Source: an uncultured Actinomycetota bacterium
Lineage (GTDB): Bacteria > Actinomycetota > Actinomycetes > Propionibacteriales > Nocardioidaceae
NCBI GenBank assembly: GCA_963795155.1
Contig: CAWCGY010000038.1
Location: forward strand, 1,350 to 65,349
Direction: 5' to 3'
Length of the DNA stretch: 64,000 bases
Shown here: positions 1 to 10,431 of the stretch, one piece after another
Numbering within the stretch: position 1 is the first letter of the stretch
Layout: every line of letters starts with the position of its first letter
Program-made: the position numbers and the translations under genes
The notes under the pieces: model-generated
What the model was told of the DNA's origin: nothing
What the model saw: the letters and a program-made list of their open reading frames with translations, nothing else
The model's database searches: none

Positions 1-904
1 GCGCGTCGGTCGCGGCAACGGCGGCCTCAGCAGCCTCGGGGGCCTCGGTCGCAGCGCCGGTCGACTCGGAGGCCGGGGCGTCGGCGGTGGCGTCGCCACC
101 GGTCGCCTGGACGGCAGCCTTCTCGGCGTCGCCACCGAGCAGTTCGCGCTCCCACTCAGCCAACGGCTCCTCAGCGCCCGGCACGGCAGCTTCGCCCTCG
201 CCGGTCTTGACACCGGAACGCGCGATCAAGCCCTCGGCCACGGCGTCAGCGATGACGCGGGTGAGCAGACCGACGGCGCGGATGGCGTCGTCGTTGCCAG
301 GGATCGGGAAGTCGACCAAGTCGGGGTCGCAGTTGGAGTCGAGGATGCCGATGATCGGGATCCGCAGCTTGCGAGCCTCCTCGACAGCGAGGTGCTCCTT
401 GTTCGTGTCGACGATCCACACCGCGGCCGGTGGGCGGCTCATCTCGCGGATTCCGCCGAGCGACTTGTTGAGCTTGTCGCGCTCGCGGCGCATCTGCAGC
501 AGCTCCTTCTTGGTGCGGCTGCTGCCGGCCACGTCCTCGAAGTCGATCTCGTCGAGCTCCTTGAGGCGGTTGATCCGCTGGTGCACGGTCTGGAAGTTGG
601 TGAGCATGCCACCCAGCCAGCGCTGGTTGACGTAGGGCATACCGACGCGGGTCGCCTGCTCGGCGATCGCCTCCTGGGCCTGCTTCTTGGTGCCCACGAA
701 CATCACGGTGCCGCCCTTGGCGACGGTCTCCTTGATGAACGCGTAGGAGCGGTCGATGTAGGCCAGCGACTGCTGCAGGTCGATGATGTAGATGCCGTTG
801 CGCTCGGTCATGATGAAGCGCTTCATCTTGGGGTTCCAGCGACGGGTCTGGTGCCCGAAGTGGACGCCGCTCTCGAGGAGCTGGCGCATGGTCACAACTG
901 CCAT
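1..904 (-). CDS. rpsB: 30S ribosomal protein S2 (3' end runs off the window)
   Basis: Read directly: [31 protein letters not shown]...; ATG at 904; Ala/Glu-rich C-terminal tail; not in the ORF track because it is truncated by the window edge. Confidence 0.97.
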   Translation of the reverse strand, partial: MAVVTMRQLLESGVHFGHQTRRWNPKMKRFIMTERNGIYIIDLQQSLAYIDRSYAFIKETVAKGGTVMFVGTKKQAQEAIAEQATRVGMPYVNQRWLGGMLTNFQTVHQRINRLKELDEIDFEDVAGSSRTKKELLQMRRERDKLNKSLGGIREMSRPPAAVWIVDTNKEHLAVEEARKLRIPIIGILDSNCDPDLVDFPIPGNDDAIRAVGLLTRVIADAVAEGLIARSGVKTGEGEAAVPGAEEPLAEWERELLGGDAEKAAVQATGGDATADAPASESTGAATEAPEAAEAAVAATDA

Positions 905-1227
905 GGTGGTTCTCTTCTCCTGGTGGAGCCAGGCCGTCTGTCCGCCCTTGCAGCCGCATGACGGCGAGGACGCACCGGCGCTGTGCTCCGGTCGTTTTCA
1001 GTTCGTGCGACCAGCGGGTGCTGGCTGCCCTGACGTCTCCGTGCGGGCCGACCCGACTTGCGCCGGGACCAAGGCTCGTCACCCACGGGCGGTCGAGGTC
1101 AGAAGGCAACCCCGTCGTGGTCAGCAGACGTGCGAATTTCAATCCGAGGATTGATGGTCTGAGAGTAGTCGAGCGAGCAGTCACCCCGCCAATCGGTGGG
1201 ATCCGGCCCGGAAACGCCCACTTTCGG

Positions 1228-1262
1228 TCCACAGGGCAGTCGCTGACGACGTTCGTCCACAG
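1228..1262 (+). promoter_or_regulatory. TCCACAG-N21-TCCACAG direct repeat upstream of the M23 peptidase
   Basis: TCCACAG at 1228-1234 and 1256-1262; identical spacing to the motif upstream of yraN. Confidence 0.45.
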
Positions 1263-1314
1263 GCGCAGGCAGCACTGGGCCTGATCGCCCCCGCAGGCAA
1301 CCAGGATTCGACCC

Positions 1315-1968
1315 ATGGTCACCACTCAGCGGATTCGCGCCTCGTCACTCGTCCCCATCGTCCTGAGCGTGCTCCTCGGCCTCGCACTCGCGGGCCCGGC
1401 GGTCGCGTTCGACGAGCCAGGGGTCGATCCGTTGGGTGCGTGGCCGCTGCGACCAGAGCCGGCAGTGGTGGCCAGGTTCGACCTCCCGGAATCGCCCTAC
1501 GGCGCAGGACACCGCGGCGTCGACCTCGCCGGCTCGGTCGGCCAGGTGGTGCGCAGCGCTCTCCCTGGCCGGGTCACCTATGCCGGCTCGATCGCCGGTC
1601 GCGGGGTGGTCGTGGTCGACCACGGCGCCACCCGCACGACGTACGAACCCGTGGCTGCCTCGGTCCCCCTTGGAACCTCGATCACGCGGGGCGATCCGAT
1701 CGGGACCCTTGAGCTGGGCGGTTCCCACTGCTTCCCCCGCACCTGCCTGCATTGGGGATGGATCGCATGGGGTGGGATCACGGGCGAGACCTACCTCGAC
1801 CCTCTGCGGCTGGTCGGTCTCGGACCGGTCCGGTTGTTGCCGCTGCGGGGCGCTGCGCCGCCGCAGGTCGCGACCGGGCTGGCGTCACGCGCGGGGGTGA
1901 GCCTGCTGGTAGGCCTTGCGCAGACGGTCGGTCGTGACGTGGGTGTAGAGCTGCGTGGTCGCCAATGA
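1315..1968 (+). CDS. Secreted M23 family metallopeptidase
   Basis: Signal peptide; HRGVDL (HxxxD) and CLHWG motifs; usual neighbour of rpsB and xerC in actinobacteria; 3' end overlaps the end of xerC. Confidence 0.85.
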   Translation: MVTTQRIRASSLVPIVLSVLLGLALAGPAVAFDEPGVDPLGAWPLRPEPAVVARFDLPESPYGAGHRGVDLAGSVGQVVRSALPGRVTYAGSIAGRGVVVVDHGATRTTYEPVAASVPLGTSITRGDPIGTLELGGSHCFPRTCLHWGWIAWGGITGETYLDPLRLVGLGPVRLLPLRGAAPPQVATGLASRAGVSLLVGLAQTVGRDVGVELRGRQ

Positions 1969-2805
1969 CGCGTGCCCGAGCAGCTCCTGGACGGCGCGTA
2001 GGTCGGCGCCCCCCTCGAGAAGGTGGGTGGCGGCGGTGTGCCGAAGACCGTGCGGCCCGATATCGGGCGCCCCCGGCACCTCGGCGATCCGTTGGTGCAC
2101 GAGGGTGCGCACGGCACGCTGATCGATCCGCTTGCCGCGTGTGCCCACGAAAAGCGCCGCCCCGCCTCCGGGCCCGAGTAGGCGAGGTCGCCCCTCGGAC
2201 AGCCACCGGTCCAGGGCCCGCGCGGCCGGATGACCGAATGGCACGGTGCGTTCTTTGCGGCCCTTCCCAAAGACCCGCACCACGTTGCGGTCCCGGTCGA
2301 TGTCGTCAACATCAAGTCCGGCCAGCTCCCCCACCCGGATGCCGGTCGCATAGAGCAGCTCCAGCATCGCGACGTCGCGCAGACCCACCGGGCTGCCGTC
2401 GTCGGCGAGCTCGGTAGCCAGCTGGATCAGGTCGGCTGCCTCGTCGACCCTGAGTACCGGCGGCAGGGTCTTGTGGGTCTTGGGTGAGCCCAACGCCGCA
2501 CCCGGGTCGACCGGGATCAGCGCCCCGCGAGCGAGCCACGCCGTAAACACCCGGGCCGCCGTCGCCCGCCGGGCCATCGTGGTGCGCGACCTTCCCATCG
2601 ACTGCTGCTTCGCCAGCCAGCTGCGCAAGGTGCGCAGATCCAGCTCGGAGACATCGGTCGAACCCAGCCGCGCTGCGTGATCGAGCAACCCGGACACGTC
2701 GCCGAGATAGGCCCGCACCGTGTGTGCGGTCAGGTCACGTTCCGAGATGAGATGACGTTCGTACTGTCCCAGCACAGCCGCCATCGGCTCGGGCAGCACG
2801 GTCAC
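1885..2805 (-). CDS. xerC: Tyrosine recombinase XerC
   Basis: [42 protein letters not shown] catalytic motifs. Confidence 0.93.
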   Translation of the reverse strand: MTVLPEPMAAVLGQYERHLISERDLTAHTVRAYLGDVSGLLDHAARLGSTDVSELDLRTLRSWLAKQQSMGRSRTTMARRATAARVFTAWLARGALIPVDPGAALGSPKTHKTLPPVLRVDEAADLIQLATELADDGSPVGLRDVAMLELLYATGIRVGELAGLDVDDIDRDRNVVRVFGKGRKERTVPFGHPAARALDRWLSEGRPRLLGPGGGAALFVGTRGKRIDQRAVRTLVHQRIAEVPGAPDIGPHGLRHTAATHLLEGGADLRAVQELLGHASLATTQLYTHVTTDRLRKAYQQAHPRA

Positions 2806-2853
2806 GTGTCCATCGTAGGCCCGCGCGGACGTCGAAACGGGGACGGCGAGCGC

Positions 2854-4345
2854 CTAGTCCCCGACGATCACGAAGCCATCTCCCTGCCTAGTCAGATCGA
2901 TCTGGCGCACTTCCTGCTCTGAGGTGCCGTCGGTGGTGTAGGTCAGCGTCACCTCCACCGTGCCGGCGTCGACGGACGTCGTGTCGTCGACAGTGACTGA
3001 GTCGATCGTCGACCAGAATCCTTCGTAGTCGCCGTAGCTGCCGACCTCCGCTTGCATATCGGAGGAGAGCAGTTTCCAGGCTGCCTGCGTGTCACCGGGA
3101 AGAAGGGCGTAGTAGTCGCTGACGAACTGCTCGGGACTGCCGTCGCTCGGTTCCGGCGCGGCTTCCTCCGGTGTGGGCGCGTCCTGGTCGGCTGGCGGCG
3201 ACTCGGTCTTCGCGTCCTGGTCAGAGTTCGAGTTCTGCTGGGACCGCCCAGAGGAATCGTCGGGGTCGCCGGAGCCGTCGTGACCGAAAAGCGCCCACAC
3301 CATCGCCGCGGCAAGCACAGCAGCTGCCGCCACCAGTAGCAGGGGCCAGCGACGACGTCGTGGGTCGGCATCAGGCACAGGGGCCGGCGTCAGCTCGGAC
3401 GGTAGCCCCGGCTCGGGCTCAGGCTGGGTGTCCGAGACCGGCTCGATCAGAGTGGTCGAGTCACCGCCACCCGGAGGCTCTACCGCAGGATCGGGAGGAG
3501 CCGGCATCGGCCTGACATGCTCCTGAGTACCGGTCGCCTGCTGCTGCTCGTGCACCCGATGCAAGTTGTAGGCGACATCGGCCATCGACCAACGCAACGT
3601 CGGATCGAGCTGCATCATGTTGCGGATCGCTTCGCTCAGCGGACCCGCACGCTCCGGCTCCGGCGGCTCGCTCGTGGCGATCGTCGAGAGCATCGCCAGA
3701 GCGTTGCTGTGCTCGGGAAAGGGCGGACTGCCCTCCACAGCCGCAAACAGCGTCGCGCCCAGCGCCCACACGTCGTCAGCGGCGGTCGGCTCCTCCCCAC
3801 GAGCAAGTCCTGGCGAGAAGTAGGCCGGGGGTGCCGGTGACCATCCCGGTCTGGGTGAGCTGGGAGTCACCCAGTGTGCGAGCGATCCCGAAGTCGGAGA
3901 TCTTCGCGTGATCGTTCTCCGCAACCAGGATGTTGCCCGGCTTGACGTCGCGATGCATGGTGCCGCGAAGGTGTGCCGCGGCGAGTCCGTCGGCGACCTG
4001 AGCGCCGATCCAGGCCACCCGCTGAGGGGCGAGTGCGCCGTCTTGCTTCATCAGCTGTGAGAGAGTCCGGCTCGGCACGAACTCCATGACCAGCCAGATG
4101 CGATCGCCGTCCTCGACGGCATCGAAGATCGACACGACGTTGGGGTGGTTCAGCGCAGCGCTCGAGCGGGCCTCGCGCAGGGCCCGGGCCAGGTCGGGCG
4201 TCGACTCTCCCGGTAGGTGGCCCACCTCCTTGACGGCCACGCTCCGCCCGAGCATTTCGTCGGAGCAGAGCCACACCGTGCCCATTCCCCCGCGACCCAC
4301 CGCTCGTTCGACTCGATATCGGTTCGCGATCGTGGTCGGCGCCAT
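2854..4345 (-). CDS. Membrane Ser/Thr protein kinase (Hanks type), split by a +1 frameshift near 3827-3831
   Basis: GRGGMGTVW, VAVK, HRDVKPGN, DFG in ORF 3776-4402; continuation AYFSP..DVWALG, Pro-rich linker, TM helix and extracellular domain in ORF 2854-3924. Confidence 0.85.
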
Positions 4346-4411
4346 GCGGCTCCTTTCAATGACGTCTTCGCGCCCTACCGTTACCCCGACTGGCGCAGGC
4401 ACACGCCCCGA

Positions 4412-5542
4412 TCATGCGTGCGCCAGCGCAGCGAGCCGCCAGCCGTCATCGGACCGCTCGGCCAAGCCACGGGCTTCGAGGTGGGCGAGCGCGCGCGTGA
4501 CCTCCATGAGGCCGAGGCCGGCGGTGCGCGCGACCGACGCCGACGAGGCACCACGGGAAACGGGCACGGCGTCGAGCACCTGCTGGTGGCGGATCGAAAG
4601 CCGGTCGCGTGCGGTGTCCGGCGCGCGCGGCTCCTCGAGGAGGTGTTCGCCCGAGGATCCGACCGCTTCGAGGACCTCGGCACCGCCGGTGACCAACCCG
4701 GCCGCTCCGGTGCGGATCAGCTGGTGCACTCCGGCCGACGTCGCACTGGTCACCGGACCCGGGACGCCGAGCACGACGCGATTGAGTCGGTTGGCCCAGT
4801 TGGCCGTGTTCAGCGCTCCACTGCGGATGGCTGCCTCGGCGACCACCGTGCCGCGTGTCAGCGCCGCGATCAGCCGGTTGCGAGCCAGGAACCGCACGCG
4901 TTGCGGCGCGCAGCCAGGCGCGGCCTCCGAGACGACCGCGCCGGTGGCCGCGATGTGGTCGATCAGGCTGGCGTGCGCGGCGGGGTAGACCCGGTCCGCG
5001 CCGCAGGCCAGCACGGCCACCGTCGGTCCGTCCATTGCGATCGCCCCGCGATGTGCCGCCTGGTCGATGCCGAATGCTGCTCCAGAGACAACGCAGGCAC
5101 CGCTTCGCGCCACCACAGCGCCGATCTCGCCAGCCACTGAGTCGCCATAGCTGGTCGACGAGCGAGAGCCCACGACGGCCACGGAACCCATGAGCTGGTC
5201 GAGTCGCAGTGGTCCCTTGACCCACAGGCCGACGGGGACGCCGCCACGCTCGTGGAGCTCACCGGCCGCGGCCAGGCCCTCGAGCTGAGCGGGCCACTCG
5301 GCGTCACCCGGGATCACAAACCGGATGCCGAGCCTGAGGGCATGCTCGAGCTCTCGCTCGGCGTCAGTGGTCTCGAGACGAGCTCTGACGTTGTCGAGCA
5401 CGCCCGATACGTCTTGTTGGTCAACCAGGAGCCGGTGCAGCTTGACCGCCCCAAGCTCGGCAGCCAATGAGTTAAGCCTGGCATCACCGGGCTCCGAGAG
5501 GCGGCTGAGCGCGGCTCGTGCCAGTCGTTCCTGATCACTCAC
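4412..5542 (-). CDS. dprA: DNA-processing protein DprA
   Basis: VAVVGSR, VSGAAFGID, RFLARNRLIA, SGALNTA; C-terminal winged helix. Confidence 0.95.
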   Translation of the reverse strand: MSDQERLARAALSRLSEPGDARLNSLAAELGAVKLHRLLVDQQDVSGVLDNVRARLETTDAERELEHALRLGIRFVIPGDAEWPAQLEGLAAAGELHERGGVPVGLWVKGPLRLDQLMGSVAVVGSRSSTSYGDSVAGEIGAVVARSGACVVSGAAFGIDQAAHRGAIAMDGPTVAVLACGADRVYPAAHASLIDHIAATGAVVSEAAPGCAPQRVRFLARNRLIAALTRGTVVAEAAIRSGALNTANWANRLNRVVLGVPGPVTSATSAGVHQLIRTGAAGLVTGGAEVLEAVGSSGEHLLEEPRAPDTARDRLSIRHQQVLDAVPVSRGASSASVARTAGLGLMEVTRALAHLEARGLAERSDDGWRLAALAHA

Positions 5543-7146
5543 CCTGCGGCCACTGCCTGGACGGTGCGCGAGAGTAGCGGCGTGCCCAGCCGGAGGCGCA
5601 GGGCGACATCGACCTCTCCTGCCCCTGGCCGGAGGTTCGGGCCGGCCTGCACGGAGGCCAGATCGGCCACCGTCCAGGCCACTCGGTGAACCCGGACCGC
5701 GCCGCGACGGGTCAGGCTTCCCTTGAACACCGCGTCATCGACCATCCGTTGCCCATCGGGGCTGAGCGGCCAGAGCTTCCGGAGCACCTGTCCCGGAGCG
5801 TGAGCGTTGAGCCGCCAGCTGCAGTTGGCGTAGCGGATCGCCTGTAATCGTCGGGCCAGGTCGACTCGCCCGCGGATCAACTCTGACGACTCATTGATCT
5901 CGAACCGGTCATGCTCAGTCTGTGGAGCGAGCGGCTCGACATGGCGAGTGATGTCGACCCGGTCGGTGATCGGGCCGCTGATCTTGCGTTGGTAAGCGCG
6001 CCGGACCGTCTCGCGGCACTGGCACTTGTTGGCGCCGGCATGAGCCCTCCACTCGCCGCACGGGCAGGGGTTGCAGGCCAGCACGACCATGCCGCGGGCG
6101 GGTAGGAGCGCCGCCTCACTCTGACGTGCGATCGTCACGTCACCACTTTCCATGGGCTGTCGCAGGGCATCGATCACGTCAGCACGGAAGAGCGGGAACT
6201 CGTCCAGGAACAGCACCCCGCCGTGGGCTCGGCTCAGCTCGCCTGGCCGCACCTGCCCGCTTCCACCACCGATGAGACTGGCCTTGCTCGCGTCGTGATG
6301 AGGCGCTGCATACGGGGCTGCCGTGAGCATGCCCCTCGCCGGGTCCAAGCTGCCGGCCAGGGAGTGGATCGCGGTGAGCTCAAGAGACTCCTCGTGACTC
6401 AGCTCTGGAAGGATCGTCGGGATGCGCTCGGCGATGCTGGTCTTACCCGAACCTTTGGGACCCGACAGCAGGAGATGGTGACCCCCGGCAGCCGCGACCA
6501 TCACGGCGTACTTGGTGTCAGCCATCCCGCGCAGATCGTTCATGTCCAGCTCTTCTAGGCGCACATCGCCGCGCCAGGCCAGGAGCCGGCTGCTCGACAA
6601 CGGAGCGACCGGTGGCGCCTCGGGCACGATCTCGTCGTTGAGCTCAGCGGCCACCTGGGCCAGCGATCGCATGCCGATGACTTCCATGTCAGGCACCATC
6701 GATGCCTCCCGCACGAGCGGCTCGGGCACGAACACGCGTTGGATGCCCCGCTCTGCTGCGGCCAACACCATGGGCAGGACGCCGGGTACGCAGCGAAGGC
6801 CACCGGCCAAGGTCAGCTCGCCGATGAAGGCGGTGCCTCTCAGCGACTCCCGCGGCACCTGACCATCAGCGGCTAGCAGGGCCGCGCAGATGGCGAGGTC
6901 GAAATGGGTGCCGCGCTTCAGCAGGTCCGCGGGAGAAAGCAGGATCGTGATCCGTTTGGTGGCCGGCCAATCCAGCAAGCTGTTGATGATTGCCATCCGG
7001 CAGCGATCCTTGGCCTCGTTGAGCGACGCGTCAGGTCGTCCGATGAGCGTCGTGCCGACAGCCCCGGGTGACACGTCCGCCTGAACCTCGATCAAGTGAC
7101 CGAGCGCACCGTTGAGCGAGACGGTGGTCGTCGTGGCGAACGGCAT
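5539..7146 (-). CDS. comM: YifB/ComM Mg-chelatase-like AAA+ helicase
   Basis: GPKGSGKT Walker A, LFLDEF Walker B, NPCPCG Zn motif; lies between yraN and dprA. Confidence 0.93.
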   Translation of the reverse strand: MPFATTTTVSLNGALGHLIEVQADVSPGAVGTTLIGRPDASLNEAKDRCRMAIINSLLDWPATKRITILLSPADLLKRGTHFDLAICAALLAADGQVPRESLRGTAFIGELTLAGGLRCVPGVLPMVLAAAERGIQRVFVPEPLVREASMVPDMEVIGMRSLAQVAAELNDEIVPEAPPVAPLSSSRLLAWRGDVRLEELDMNDLRGMADTKYAVMVAAAGGHHLLLSGPKGSGKTSIAERIPTILPELSHEESLELTAIHSLAGSLDPARGMLTAAPYAAPHHDASKASLIGGGSGQVRPGELSRAHGGVLFLDEFPLFRADVIDALRQPMESGDVTIARQSEAALLPARGMVVLACNPCPCGEWRAHAGANKCQCRETVRRAYQRKISGPITDRVDITRHVEPLAPQTEHDRFEINESSELIRGRVDLARRLQAIRYANCSWRLNAHAPGQVLRKLWPLSPDGQRMVDDAVFKGSLTRRGAVRVHRVAWTVADLASVQAGPNLRPGAGEVDVALRLRLGTPLLSRTVQAVAAG

Positions 7147-7514
7147 CAGCCGATCCCCTTGACGTGCTCGACCTCGGCCGGTCCGCGCGGCGGCCGGATC
7201 ACCGCCACCAGGTCGATGCGAACGTCGACGGCCCGCACGCCGTGCGCCTCCTGCCAGGCGGTGGCCAGCCGATGCAGCCGGCGCAGCTTCGCCTCAGTCA
7301 CCGCCTCGTGCGGCGTGCCACATCTCTGGGCGCTGCTGCGGGTCTTGACCTCGCACACCACGAGCACGTTGCCATCACGGAGTACGAGGTCAATCTCGCC
7401 CCTCTCGCACCGCCAGTTGCGGTCGAGGACCACCAACCCCTGTTCGCTGAGGTGTCGTCGGGCCACGGTTTCGCCAAACGCTCCGATTGCCTGTTTGGCC
7501 GCTGTCGTCGTCAT
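7146..7514 (-). CDS. yraN: YraN family (UPF0102) nuclease
   Basis: GAFGE..A, NWRC..GEIDLV, VCEVKTR PD-(D/E)xK motif. Confidence 0.93.
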   Translation of the reverse strand: MTTTAAKQAIGAFGETVARRHLSEQGLVVLDRNWRCERGEIDLVLRDGNVLVVCEVKTRSSAQRCGTPHEAVTEAKLRRLHRLATAWQEAHGVRAVDVRIDLVAVIRPPRGPAEVEHVKGIG

Positions 7515-7578
7515 CTGTTGACCTCCTGCGAGGAGGTTGCCCGGTTGGGGAGCCCACGATGCCGGCGGCTAGGCAGTG

Positions 7579-7613
7579 CTGTGGAGAAGCCTCGTCGGGT
7601 CGACTTCTGTGGA
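7579..7613 (-). promoter_or_regulatory. TCCACAG-N21-TCCACAG direct repeat upstream of yraN-comM-dprA
   Basis: CTGTGGA on + at 7579-7585 and 7607-7613 (28-bp period). Confidence 0.45.
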
Positions 7614-7720
7614 CGACACGTGGCCTGAATCAGCCCGGCGGGCGGCACATTGCACGTCGAGATCGCAACGGCGTCGGCCACACCATCCCCTGACCCACGC
7701 CTGGGGCGAGCAGGCGGCGC

Positions 7721-9500
7721 TCAGCCCCCCAGCGACGGGCTGTTGCAAACGGGGCGATAGACGCCGTAGAGGTCGGCACCGGCGACACTGACCCCGAGCA
7801 GCTCCACCGTCGAGACCAGGTACTCGTTGACCTCGTCGACGAATTCATTGATGCCGCGCACCACGTTCTTCTGTACCAAGTCGTCAAGGATCGGCGCCAG
7901 AGTTACCTGGGCAAGGCCCAGCACGTTGGTGATGTCCACCGTGGTGTTGTTGTACCTGATCGTGCCGGTGATGTCGGCGTTGGTGATAGTCACCGTCGGT
8001 ACCACCATGGAGGGTGCGCCGGTGACGCGTTCGGGATCGGCGTAGTTGTGCGGCGGTACGGCATAGGTCGCATCGGTCTCGACCGGCGCCGTCGACGCTT
8101 GCACCCCTGCCTGGATGGTGATGTCGAGAGTGGCATTGTTGTTTCCGAGCAAGACATTGAGGAGTCCGCCGACGAGGTTGCCCAGGCCGAACGGCAACCC
8201 GTTGAGGATTACCTTGTTGGCCCGGATCGTGCCGGTGAGGTGGATCGGGATGTTGAGGTTCACCGAAGAGACCAGCGACCGAGTGACATGCGCATCGATC
8301 GACTCCGGGCTCGCCAGCGTGCCCTCACCACAGGTGACACCAGTGAGCAGGGCCTGGGCGCTCGCCAGCGCGACCGAAAGGTCAACCCCCACCGAAGCGC
8401 CCGCAAGGCCGGCGATCGTGGGGACGTTGAGCTTGGGCCGGGCGAACAGCTCTACCTGAGCGGTTTCGGCGCGTGCCTCGTTGATCTTCCCGCAGCCCAT
8501 CTGGGCCTTCTGGATGATCTTGAGCCCGGCCGCCCCGTTCGAGAACTGCGGCACGTTCCAGAACACCGGCACGTCGAACGCGTTCTCACCGTTGGCCACG
8601 AAGGCCGAGGCGGCTACGAGATCAAGCACGTTGAGCTTGGTCTCGAGTGCGGCAGCGCCGCCACTAGTGAGCGCAAAGATGTCATCGATGGAGATGAAGG
8701 TGCTGCTGTTCACCGAGGCGGCAATGGTTCGGAGCAGGGCCACGTCGGCCGCCTGGCCACTCTCCCGCTCCAACGCAGTCGCGGAGGCGAGGAACAGCCG
8801 CGCCACGGTGAGGTTCTCGAGGTTGGCCAGCTCGTCGACGGTGCCGACGCCGAGCGCGAGGGCCAGGGCGCGCATCGTGATGTTGGCGTCGGCGAGGCCC
8901 TGGTATCCGACGGTGTTGATCTCGAGCGCATCGCCGATCAGGTCGTCGAGTAGGTCGGAGTTGTCGCTGCGCACCGCAAGCGCGTAGGAGCCGAGCCGGA
9001 GGCACGCGATCGACGCGGAGACCCCGAGAGCGGATCTCGCAGCGGCGCCGGATCCCGACGAGAACGCGAAGCCGACCGATGTGCTCGCGGTGACGAAGAC
9101 CGCCTCCGGAACACCGCTGCCCGTGACCGGCACGATCTCGCCGGCAGCGTTCCTGACGGGCTCGCCCATCAGGTCAAGCGTGGCCAGCTCCCAAGTGACC
9201 GTCGGGTCATCTCCGATCGCCGAGCCCTCGTTGCGAGCCTCGCTCGCTGCCTTTGGCGGTCTCGATGGGTCTCGCGGTTCCGGATCCGGCAACGATCTGC
9301 TGAGCAGTGCGCCCGTCCACGAGCCTCGCCAGATCCAGCGCGACAGCGTCTGCCAGCGCCTGCATGTCACGCCGAGCGACCCTTTGCATGCCGAGATCGA
9401 CCGCGAAGGCCGCGATCGTCACGAGCACGATGGACACGATCGCGACCAGCACGATGGTCGTGCCTCGCTCGTCGCGCTTGCGGCATCCGATCGAGCGCAC
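7721..9500 (-). CDS. TadG-like pilus-associated protein, +1 frameshift near 9252-9254
   Basis: N-terminal RDERG|TTIVLVA...AFAVDLG prepilin-like motif (in ORF 9207-9620 frame) continuing into ORF 7721-9370; directly follows the tadE-like gene. Confidence 0.75.
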
Positions 9501-9502
9501 CT

Positions 9503-9985
9503 TCAGCTCACCTGTGCTTCTGTGGAGTAGTTGAGGTGGTGGGGCAGCACGATGCCGAGCCCAGGGGTCGGCACCAGCGCGTCGTCCTTGTAGGTGTAGT
9601 CGAGGGTGATCTTGATGCACTGAGCGCCAACGGTGCTGGTGGTGCAGCTCTGGGGCGTCGAGATGAGGCAGGTACCTGCGCTGGCCGTCCCTCTCTTGAG
9701 CAGTCCTTCGGCAGTGCAGGTCACGTTGTAGCTGCCGAGGGCGTCATTGATCGCCACGATTGCTCGAGCTTTGACCTGCGCGTCGGTCAGCGCCGACGGC
9801 GCGACGGCGGCCGCGCGGGCTCCCTCCGCTGCGGCCTGGCTGATCGCCTGGCGGAAGCTCAGCATGTAGCCGTAGCCGATGATCGCGAACAGCAAGAACA
9901 GGAGGAGTGGCGCCACGAGCGCGAACTCAACCGCCGCCGCGCCTCCCTCGTCGCGGCGACGCTGGCGTGAAACTGGACTGTTCAT
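9503..9985 (-). CDS. TadE family pseudopilin
   Basis: RRDEGG|AAAVEFALV...QAAAEGARAAA motif. Confidence 0.88.
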   Translation of the reverse strand: MNSPVSRQRRRDEGGAAAVEFALVAPLLLFLLFAIIGYGYMLSFRQAISQAAAEGARAAAVAPSALTDAQVKARAIVAINDALGSYNVTCTAEGLLKRGTASAGTCLISTPQSCTTSTVGAQCIKITLDYTYKDDALVPTPGLGIVLPHHLNYSTEAQVS

Positions 9986-10122
9986 CTGTCCACCTACGTG
10001 CCGTTGGGGGCGGTCCCTCACCACCCCATCAGGTCAAGTTAGAGCCGTCGCGGGCTCTGCGGTCGACCTGAGCGACTAGATGGTCACAAAGGGCTACAGA
10101 GTTTGACCGACCGGCTAGAAAC

Positions 10123-10431
10123 CTAGGGCTTGGGCGGATCGATGTCCGCCTGGGCGAGCTCCTCGACGTTGACGTCCTTGAACGTCAGCACCTTCACGTT
10201 CTTGGCAAAGCGCGCCGGCCGGTACATGTCCCAGACCCAGGCATCGGTCATCGAGACCTCGAAGAACACGTCGCCTACCTCGGTGCGGGCCTTCACGTCG
10301 ACCTGGTTGCACAGGTAGAAGCGCCGGTCGGTCTCGACGACGTACTTGAAGATGCCGACGACGTCGCGGTACTCGCGGTAGAGCGTGAGCTCCTGCTCGG
10401 TCTCGTACTTCTCGAGCTCCTCGGCACTCAT
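10123..10431 (-). CDS. DUF2469 family protein
   Basis: MSAEELEKYETEQELTLYREYRD...DAWVWDMYRPARF; conserved downstream of rnhB in actinobacteria. Confidence 0.92.
   Translation of the reverse strand: MSAEELEKYETEQELTLYREYRDVVGIFKYVVETDRRFYLCNQVDVKARTEVGDVFFEVSMTDAWVWDMYRPARFAKNVKVLTFKDVNVEELAQADIDPPKP

Noticed and set aside
1228-1262. DnaA-box-like motifs as a replication origin
   Set aside because: Only two boxes per site, no AT-rich unwinding element and no dnaA/dnaN nearby.
1885-2805. Tyrosine recombinase as a prophage or ICE integrase
   Set aside because: Sequence and context (rpsB, M23 peptidase, dprA) match housekeeping XerC; no att sites or mobile cargo seen.
9986-10120. c-di-GMP riboswitch upstream of tadE
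   Set aside because: A hairpin is present but I could not find the conserved class I or class II sequence features by eye.
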